From the NCBI GenBank assembly GCA_965287045.1, contig OZ336870.1, forward strand, positions 121,830,001-121,894,000: DNA of 64,000 nucleotides, read 5' to 3'. Both the position numbers and the translations under genes were made by a program. The notes beneath the pieces are model-generated. The model was not told where the DNA came from. It saw nothing but the letters and a program-made list of their open reading frames with translations, and made no database searches. Each line of letters starts with the position of its first letter. Position 1 is the stretch's first letter. Positions 41,161 to 51,699 of the stretch are shown piece by piece. Source of the stretch: Carcharhinus amblyrhynchos. Taxonomy: Eukaryota.

Positions 41161-44021
41161 ATGATCGGCCTCCCCTCTTGCCCTGAGCCCTCTATTATAG
41201 TAATGTTAGAATTACTAAATAACCGCACCGGAAAATAAATATTTTACCATTCAGTGCTATTATTTTTAACATTTTGCACGAGTATGCAAAGCTGCCATAT
41301 ACATTTTCTTGCACAACAACAGACATGCCCAGATACAAACATACATTGTTACTCCAGGTGCCAGCGTACATTGCAAAAAGATGTTACAACTGACATTTGA
41401 TTTGGCAAGCTTTCGGGTAGACATCATGGAAAGTGATATGACCTGGCTGTGTTTCTCATGAGAGAGGGAGTGAATGAAACAAAGTGAATCATTTCACATG
41501 GATACCTTCCAGGTGCAATCTTCAAAAGTAATCATTAGAATTCCTCAAATCGTATGACCAAAAAAATCTGAAAATCTTACACACACCAGAGCAAATTGTG
41601 TTGGATAGAGCCATCTTGTGCTGTCAGACGCATGGTCAAGTGCAGATGCTGGACGCAGCAATGTTCAATAGACCACATCGCTAATTATCTCAAACGCGCA
41701 CACCATAACACGTAAACCATTTTTCTGACTTAGTTAGGCGATTAGAAATAAAATTTTAGCAAATGTTGATAAACCTTCAAAACATAATGCCTTCGGTAAT
41801 AACACATTAAGCTCTATTATTACAATGCCGGAATTACAAATTTTAAAGACATGGTACCATTTTATAGATATTTTGCCTGGCTGTTTGAAGACACGCAGTT
41901 TTAAATGAAAACTCTCTGGCGTTAACTTCTTACCCGTGGAAAATTAATAAGGTTGTTTTGTCAGCTGACAGCCTTTTTAAATATTATTTCACCAGGGAAA
42001 TCAAAGCTTCGGCTCAGATTATAGGTCGGTATTTTTTGGATTTATGTGATTTACGGTAACCATGGCAACTAATGCTGACTGTTAGCTCCCCAATTTTCCG
42101 CCACAAAAACTCACAAGATCTTTAATCAAACGAACGGGTCGAGCTTTTACTGTTCATCTTAGTAGCACATGCAAAGTGCACGGGACTTCTCTTTACATGT
42201 CGATGGAGGCGAACGGGTAAACTGTGATCCAGGTTGCAAACAAATAATTGTGCTAACAGTTTTGTGGGACGACAGTAACCCCCACCCACCGACCGCACCC
42301 TCCGTTCTTGCAGTATTCTTTACCAAGAGCACCCCGCTGTCGATCCGGCCTTCCACTTGGAGTAGAAAGCAACGCTCTTTGTTTTCAAGAAAATTAAGCT
42401 TGAAACTTACACAAATCCTAAATGCCCTTGACAAATAAGCGAGACTTCTGACCGGTGTTGAAAGTAGTTGATGTCCTTCAGGCAACAGGGCTTGACCCAG
42501 GAAATGACTGCATAAGTATGAAAGTGGTTACGGCGTTACAGTTAATGCCGAGAACTTGCTGGGCCCGCTAACGTTTAACTCCCAACTTAAATTATACCCG
42601 CGTTTGGACCAGACAGAGAGTTGGATAAAGCACACTTTTTATGATTCACGCATTTCCACGTAGTAAAATCTTCCGCTGAGGCTGACTATAAGAAGCTTAC
42701 AAGTGAATGTGCATTTAAAAGTTTCTACTCCCAGACGGGATGCTAGGGTGCTTGCAAGTGGCTGAAATCAGGCGTTTGACATTTGGAACGTTGTAGCACT
42801 GTAAAGGGTTCCCTGTTTTCAATGTGCCATATTTTAAATACAGACCGTAGTTTTGATAGTTTGGTGTTCTAACAGGAAGCAATATAATTCCATGGATATT
42901 ATGGTGAATAAGTTGCATGCATTTCCAAACATGGCCGAGCATCTCACGCTCGCCATCTTAAGATTTCAATATCAATGTCTTTTTTTTCTCAAGAACATAT
43001 TTCTTGAAATGTATTCATTGAGACCAAACCTACTGACAGTTCCGTCAACATTTACTTGTAAGATTAATACATGCGCATTTTAAGGATCAATCTACATCGA
43101 AGGTTTAATATAAAGGCAGTTGTAAACAGCCGAAAAGACCCCGTGAAAGGACATAATTAATAGAAAATAGTCCTGCATTTAATTCAGCTGTTTGAATTGA
43201 TTATTGTGATTGTGAAAACTGGACTGCAATTCTTCTTTTACTGACCCGATTGGCGGGGACGCACTAAAAAAAGATTTGGGAAGAGTACAATTGTCCAAAT
43301 TCACCAAGACTCAGTGAAATGATAAAGACCATTCCATTAGGATTAAAACTAAAATCGGGCTTGAATGCTATGACAAATAATGTTTGCCCAAAGTCTCTTA
43401 ATAACGCGCGTTTTGCACCAATGAAGACAAATCCTGGTCACTTCAGATGTGGGATAAAAATGAAAATTCGACAACAGTCGTCGAAGTCCTTCCAATAACA
43501 ACCACAAACTTCTGAAAATTTGCATTAAGTTTGATCTCCTTCATCCCCCCTTAAATTCAAGCTTAATTTTGTTCTTAATTTTAACAGTCACTTGAAGTCA
43601 AGGAGGTAATGATAATCCGATATTAAATCCCTAGCCAGGTTGTACTGTTTGTAGATAGGTTCTCGGCCTGAGGACTGGTTCACGTCTTTCTAGGTCACAT
43701 TCAGCACCCGAGAAGGGAAATATTTACTTTACGTCAGTACTTTATGATCATTTGGGAATTTGAAGAAATTCAATAAGAAAACTGTCGGAACCCGTTTAAA
43801 GCCCAGTTAAAAGACTTAAGCAAATTAGAGTCTTATCAGATTAAAAACCACTACAAATTTAAGAGCGTTCTCTCCATCACAACATCGCGCGGTTATGCAC
43901 GGAAGAATCTTGCCAAATCTCGGGGATAGATGATCTTAAAAAACAGCTAACGAACAGAATACCGATTAATGATAAGCTTTCGGACAGGGAGAGAATCTAA
44001 ATATTTATTGCAGATCAGCGT

Positions 44022-44048
44022 TGTGTGTGTGTGTGTGTGTGTGTGTGT
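44022..44048. repeat. (TG)n microsatellite, ~13 units
   Basis: Directly visible TGTGTG run. Confidence 0.95.
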
Positions 44049-44614
44049 TTTATTCAGCTTTAGTGAAATGGTAAACACGGAGGTTGAGATACTGAGAGCG
44101 GGAAGTGTCAGAACCCCCGTGTCAGTACAAATCCCCCCTTATTAGCCTCGTCACCAGTATTCACGAGTCAGGTTAATCAGGCAAGGAGCTTTCCGACTTT
44201 AGATTTTGCAGCTGGAAGCGAACCTGTTTTGCTTATTGAATCAAACACGTCTGAAGAGCTGCCACTGGGCCAGATCTAAGATGCCGCCTTCACATCTGTT
44301 TTGTTCGCAGCCCTTGCCTCCGTCAAATTGAAAATAATTCGAACAACCGGCATTGTCGGGAATCAAAAATGTTTCCTTTTTTTGCTGGAGAATTGAAACC
44401 GGGTGTTTAAAATTACCAGGCTGAAAGATATTTTTAAAAGTCTCATACTGCAAGCAAAATAAACACAAATTTTATATGATTTCTTTTTCCTGGCGGTAAT
44501 AAAATCTGTTTAAAACTACAACTTGGTAACTAGGCATTATTTATTCGATGTATTCGGCGCTTCCACGTCGTTCACTTTCTTTAAGTCTATTGTAAATATT
44601 AGCAAAAGAGTAAA

Positions 44615-44790
44615 GACGCAAACTGGAAATTAAATAGCATGCTGGAGACCTGAAATGCAAACTCAAAATGTTACCAACACATCGCAGACTGTTCAGCTCT
44701 GGAATGAGATATTCTATCAAAGGTGAAACTAAAAACGTTAACCTATCTCTGTCCTTCAGATACTAACCAACCTGCTGTGTGTTTCCAAGA
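44615..44790. repeat. Palindromic chondrichthyan repeat, diverged copy
   Basis: GCATGCTGGAGACCTGAAATGCAAACTCAAAATG ... AACGTTAACCTATCTCTGTCCTTCAGATACTAACCAACCTGCTG is similar to 14113-14275. Confidence 0.55.
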
Positions 44791-45789
44791 TCCTTATAAA
44801 CAAAACCTAACCATTTAATCTTACTCGTTACACTCTAAATCGCCCTAGTTATGGAGAATAATGGGGCTGCTTAACGCTGAACCTTTGAATTAATATTGCC
44901 CTTGTATGACAAGCCATGCGTGGAATCAAACTTAGAACTTCAATGCAAACTACGAAAGTATAATAATTTGAATTGTAGATATATATACTTAGTTTCTTTT
45001 TGTTTTGCGAATGGTTGCTAATATTACTTCGCGATGAAGATGTAATGTAATTCAGATCTGTGAATTAACAAATTATTACAATTGCAGGTGCAAATCAATG
45101 TCAATATTAATAACATGTCGAGAAAACACCTAAATACTGCACATATTTTCCAAAGGAAAAGCAAATGATTACAACATACCAACCAGGGTGCATATTTTCC
45201 AAATTAGTGACGATTCAAAATTTTAAAAAAGTCTTTATTGATGTTGCCAATCTATGTTCTACCAAACACTGAATACAAATCAATTAATTGGCAACTTCCT
45301 CAAGTAGTAAGAGGGTGGTCGAAAGGAAGGTGGTCGAAAGGAATAAAAGAGCAGTCCCCTCGGACTGCTCTTTTATTCAAATAGGTCCTCTGAAAGTACA
45401 TTGCCCATTCAAAAAGAGTGAGTGTGTTTACTGTGTGCTTGGCATGGGCAATAATTAAGAACTGGAGCAAATTGGCTCATTTGTACGGAACAATTTTTTT
45501 TCAAAAAGCAGTGATGGGGACACGATTAGGCAGCATACGAAGAGAAATAAGCAATATTTGTGTTTCGTACATGAAGCAAGCAGGGCGACTACCGCGAACT
45601 GGTGTTGTTAATCTGGGGTGAGATTATGCTCCATAACCAAGGAATATTAAAAAAGTGGCATTGGAAAAAATCAGTTGTGTAACTTAATAGTGAATCTGAA
45701 CAACAAGGTTTGAAGATAGGTTTAAATAAGGGGGCTGAAGACAGACTGAGAATGTGTATAATTTGAGGGTTATAAATCACTCAGGCTGC

Positions 45790-46140
45790 TTTCTCTGCCT
45801 CGCTCCCTCCTCACTGAGTGAAGGGACAGGACTCCAGGTGCATTCTGGGCCCTGCCACCCCCGCGCGCCCCCGCGCGCCCGTGACGTCACAGACGCAGAG
45901 AGGGGCGGGCCCCGTCTCCACCTCACTGATTGGTATAGTGACGCGCGGAGATTCGGCGGCGGCCCCGCCCCCCGGCGCTGTTGACGGGCCGGCAGTCCGC
46001 GTCACTCAGTCTGAGTGACAGCCGGGGGGCGGAGGCTGGCCAGGAGGAGGAACTGCCGAGGTTATCAGAGGCGGCTCCGCTCTTAAAGCCACTGGTGAAA
46101 CAGGGAGCGCGTTTTGCGGCAGGAGCAGCGGCAGTCCGGG
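45790..46140 (+). promoter_or_regulatory. pitx2: Pitx2c proximal (P2) CpG-island promoter
   Basis: Very GC/CpG-rich. CRE palindrome GTGACGTCAC (45881-45890), GC boxes (45902, 45963, 46026), inverted CCAAT (45929) and TATA-like CTTAAAG (46082), ~350-600 bp upstream of the Pitx2c ATG. Confidence 0.85.
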
Positions 46141-46481
46141 GATCCTTATCTGCAGTTACCTATCCCTGTCACTCGGACGCACACATACACAGTGTCAGCC
46201 CGGAATCATTCATTCATTGTCACCCCCTCAGTCTGCTTCTTCTCCTCCTCTGGCACACTTTCATCCCTGCACGGGCTTTCTAATGAAGAGAGCAGCACGA
46301 ATGCGCAATTTAAAGAAGATTTGTGCAACTATCTATTGAAGATTTGTGCACGACAGTTCCTGGATCACCACACCCCTAGATCATTGCATTCCCCTTTGGA
46401 CTTCTCTCTCAGTGTGAGGTGGGCTGCGAGAAATTTAATCCTCTTTGGAACATCGCACCGGCTGCTTGTATTTGTTTATAG

Positions 46482-46665
46482 ATGAACAGTGCAAAAGACC
46501 CGTTGACTTTGGACCACCCTAGAAACAGCAGCAGCGGCAATAAATTGGTGCGGGATCAGGCAGCATTAGCCATGGCTTCGGGTTTGCAACCGGTACGAAC
46601 GAGCGAGCCCAAGCACCGGCTCGAGGTTCACACTTTATCGGACACCTCCAGTCCTGACACGGGAG
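46482..46665 (+). CDS. pitx2: Pitx2c first coding exon (exon 4)
   Basis: MNSAKDPLTLDH...LAMASGLQ...KHRLEVHTLSDTSSP matches the PITX2C N-terminus. Donor GAG|GTAAGG at 46666, phase 1. Confidence 0.96.
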
Positions 46666-47359
46666 GTAAGGCCTTTTCCATCCATATAACGCCGCATCGA
46701 TTTCACTCCAATCGGACATAGTGCCACTTCCTTATTTTATGGCATAACTTTATTGCGTCTCAAGACAAAAATGCAGTGCGTTTTGACATCAGCGATCATT
46801 TTATTACTCACTTTGTACGATATGATATATTCAGTGTTTCACATGTCTGCAAATTGCACCGTTCCTGAGTTATATCTTTGAGCGCGTGCAATGAAATTCT
46901 ATGCGAATTATTGTTTAGTATAATAATAGAACGGGGTATTAAATATTCATTTATTTATTACAGTCTAAAATGGGTCTGTTCGTACTTTAATCGTTATGGG
47001 CAAGGAAATATGTACATTTGCCAATGAAGTGAGTAGCTTGTTTGCATTTTATAGACTAAGAAAACGCGCTGAGTATACATTCAGGGGTGGAAATAATTTA
47101 TACATATCATTTCTGTTTCTGCATCAGAGTAGGTGCTTTATAACTCTGCAAATATACAAATTGAATATATGAAGCAATGCGCAAAAATAAGCTATTGTCA
47201 TTTAAAAGTGAACCAGGGCATTTAATTTAGTCATTTAATCGTGAGGTGCTACGATTTAAACCCGCAATATCGCTGTGCTTGTGCACTTAAAGGTACTTTT
47301 AGGATGCACAATGTCTAGTTCGTTGTTTCTGGTTGGACTTACCTTTCTCAGGTGTGTGA

Positions 47360-47641
<282 letters not shown>

Positions 47642-48009
47642 TAATGCTTTTCAGTTGCATCCCCTTCACTATTAGCAGCAATATTTCTGTGCTAATTTTG
47701 CATCGTCAGTAATTTTTGAAGCCAAAACCTGAATCAAACTACAGCAGCGATTTTATGGGGACTTGATCATTAATGTAATTCGACGCATTAATAACTTCCT
47801 TGAATTATTTACCTTAGGCAAGATAGACTCCACAATAGCTTGTCACAATCGCATATTCCTGCTATCTCTTTGCAGCATCCATTAAATAGGGAGATAAGAA
47901 ACATTTGAACCTACATTACAATATTGTCCAGTGTAAAAGTCGGCCATAATGTTGTTCTTTCGAAATTAAAGTGCAATATTTATTTCACATTGGAATACGG
48001 TGCAAACTT

Positions 48010-48170
48010 GCTAAATAGCACTTAACAATAGTTTGTCAATGTAGGACACCAGTTGTGTAAACAATGCTGTGTAACAGGCCATTGTGATATTTGTCTGAGA
48101 TTACATCCCAATACACAAATGTGGCTGCGTGCTGAGAAGTCTCGCTGCCTGAATGTGGATTCCGACAACT
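48010..48170. promoter_or_regulatory. Asymmetric enhancer (ASE)-like Nodal-response element in last intron
   Basis: Nkx2 TTAAGTG (minus strand, 48019-48025), FoxH1 AATACACA (48110-48117) and TGTGGATT (48154-48161), and Smad GTCT (48093, 48139). This is the intron that holds the mouse ASE. Confidence 0.7.
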
Positions 48171-49484
48171 GTGAAAAAAGAGGTCTTTCCTTAAGATTGA
48201 CGTGATTCATTAGGCTTCACTTAGTGCCTCGAATGGTACATAGATAGATAGTCTGAGAAGCTATTCCAGTCTTTCTTAGCTGATCCCTGATTGACCAATA
48301 GAAAGGCAACATAGATTGATGAATGGATGGAACTTTGTTATTGGTATCCCAATCATTTATGATTCGCAGCTCCGTGGAGACCCATGAAATTCCTGTGTTA
48401 CACAGGATCTCTATTAACGAAGTCACACTGCTGTTCCTGTATGTGTGACTTCAAAACAGGTATTGTATTGCGCAATCCAATTGTTTATCTGGCTATACCG
48501 TGAACAATAAAAGTAGGCTATGTGCATGTTTGTAAAAAACGTATTGAGTCAACTTCCAATACATTCCCAACGGTGCACTGCTTTTCTTTCTCGGAAAAAC
48601 ACACTCCTGAAGGACAATGTGTTTCCGTTTGGCGTGTGTTTCCGAACGCAAAAATTCATCCTTCAACACATAGCCAGTGGAATTTTACTCATTTGCTTTC
48701 ACATTGCACTTTCTGTCCTTACTCTGCTACGTCTGAATTATTAATTCACTAAACCTTCCAGATGACAAACAAGTGAGAAGCAGCAGGCCTCCAGGTCACA
48801 GCATTCACAATCGATTATATTGCAGCTACCCAGTTAAGACATACTCGTGGAATTGTTTCAGATAACCATATTTTGGATTCACGTGTGTCACCCTGTTTAG
48901 TTCACTTCGCATTCATTTGGGCTTGCCTTTTACACACGGAAACAGAGTCAACGATAAAGCACGTTGAAGGACCAGTTTTCCAATAAAGTCAAAATCATGG
49001 CAGCGTTTTCGTCTTGCTGTGTGCTTTCGAAAAGCTGATGAGATGTGTTAATAAATCTCTCCGTGCTTCTTAATAGTACACCTGAAACAAATGTTAAGGG
49101 TCGCCTGAAGGTGTTATTGAATAACATCGTTTTTGAAGTTGTTGAGTTATTTATTCGGAAATTCAGTAATTAAATATCCCATTTAAATTAATAATATGGT
49201 TTAAGGTTTTTTTGCATAACTTATGTTTCTCAGTTAAGGATTCAATGGGTTAGTCTTGTTGTATATTTGTAATAAAGGACCCATTACCTATTTCTATATC
49301 CGTTACACCAAATACTTGTGACTTTCCTCGGTGATTGAAAAACCACAGATCTATCTGACTGATTTATTGGGTCCCAAAAGGACAAGCTGATGTTTGCTGG
49401 AGCTGAATTCGAACTGGACCCATTTCATGTGTGTTATATCTGTTATATTTGAAATGTACAGATGGTTTAGACGTGTGCTGATGA

Positions 49485-50117
<633 letters not shown>

Positions 50118-50660
50118 AAGATAACAGGACACTTCTCAGACTGATGAACTCCAAGAAATAATTTAAAATATAATGGGCACTACAGATGAAACCACTGAAC
50201 CTGTGTAGCTAAACCCCACAGAGCCGACTTTCTAATTTAAGGGAAAACGCGCAAGTGATATTTCCTCCCTTGACACCCCGTTTGCAAATATTTTTCATCA
50301 GATAAAGGGACGTTTGATGGTTAAAAGAAATACGCTGATTATTTGACTGGATATCACCTTTATTAATACTATATAAGCTTGTTATTTTTAAGTTCAGCAT
50401 TGTGATAATAAAAAAAATGTTTGGCGGAACGGATGTGTATATATCGAAATGTCAAATTAATTTTATAAAAGCAATTGTTAGTTAATATCACGCCAGTGTT
50501 TTTGAAGTTACATAAAAAAAAGCATGTCACGCGGAAGCTTGAAGGATTATTTCCGCTTAAAAGCGAGAGAATGTATATACTAACTGCAACACCTGTATGT
50601 TTCTAACACTATTATTAATTATTATTATTAAAAGTCTGTGTGGATATCAGTTTTAAGACT
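50118..50660 (+). other. pitx2: Pitx2 3' UTR with polyadenylation signals
   Basis: AU-rich. AATAAA at 50407-50412 and ATTAAA at 50627-50632, followed by GT-rich sequence. Exact cleavage site unknown. Confidence 0.65.
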
Positions 50661-51631
50661 AGTACCTCTGGTTGTAAGATTCAGTGATGTTCTGGAAAAA
50701 AACATTCATGTACAACTTATTCTGTGTATAAAATTGGTTACGGCATTACGCGTTTATTTTGCAAGTCAAACGTGTGCACACCTGGGACGAAAAAATATAC
50801 CATGAAATCATTTTGTCTAACTGGATCGTTTTTGTATCGAAATATTTAATCCACCGAAGTGCAATTTCTCAAAAAAGATGTATACAAACTTAACATAAAG
50901 GATTACCCACCTACGCTCAACTCCACACAGTCCTGACACGAAAAATGAATCCTTATTTTTAACACTGTAGCAGCCCCATCACTAACATGTCTATCTCATT
51001 CCCATCCCTGGAGTGTTCGCTTGCTTCAGAAGTCGATTGCGCTGAGTTCGAGAAACCCGGGCATTTTTACTTCAGAAAGCAAAACAACCAACTGAAAATC
51101 AGGCTGTCCGGTCAATCTGCTGCCGGAGAATATTCTAAGATTTAACGCATCATTGAAACAAGTCAGTATGGAGCGCTGTATAAATTGATGGCGAATGAAG
51201 ATGATCAGCGCGGCGAGGTTAGCTAGATTAAAAATAATGCAATAATGTCGCTGAAGGTTACGTTCGGACTGATTCCCAAATAATTGCTGTTCAAACAGGC
51301 GGATTGTTTTGTAGAAGGTAGGCAATGTGTGCAGATCGTAACTAATACCAGGCTTTCTCTCCGTTTTGTAACAGATTTGGGGGTAAGAGGCATTTTTCAG
51401 AACCACAGGTTCAAAGGTCATATTACATTTCAGACGACTTTATTAGGCTTTTGTTACCTTATTAAAGGTCAGACAGTTTGTGTTTGGTTATTAATAATGT
51501 TGATCCAGCATCCTCATGTGTGGGGCCTGTTTGCACATTAAATCATACAGGATTATGTCGTGTAGAGTGCATAATGAGAGTGCAAATGAAGATAAATTAT
51601 ACAGTAGTTCACCAGCCACATGGTCTGAATC

Positions 51632-51699
51632 GGATGGTGGGGGGGGGGGGGGTGCGGGCGGGGAGGAGGGGGGAGGGACGGGGGGGATGGTGGTGAGGG
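51632..51699 (+). repeat. G-rich tract with G-quadruplex potential
   Basis: A run of ~14 G followed by several G3-G7 runs. Confidence 0.8.

Noticed and set aside
45754-46485. Overlapping ORFs across the Pitx2c CpG island
   Set aside because: Stop-poor GC-rich promoter/UTR sequence with no recognisable protein similarity.
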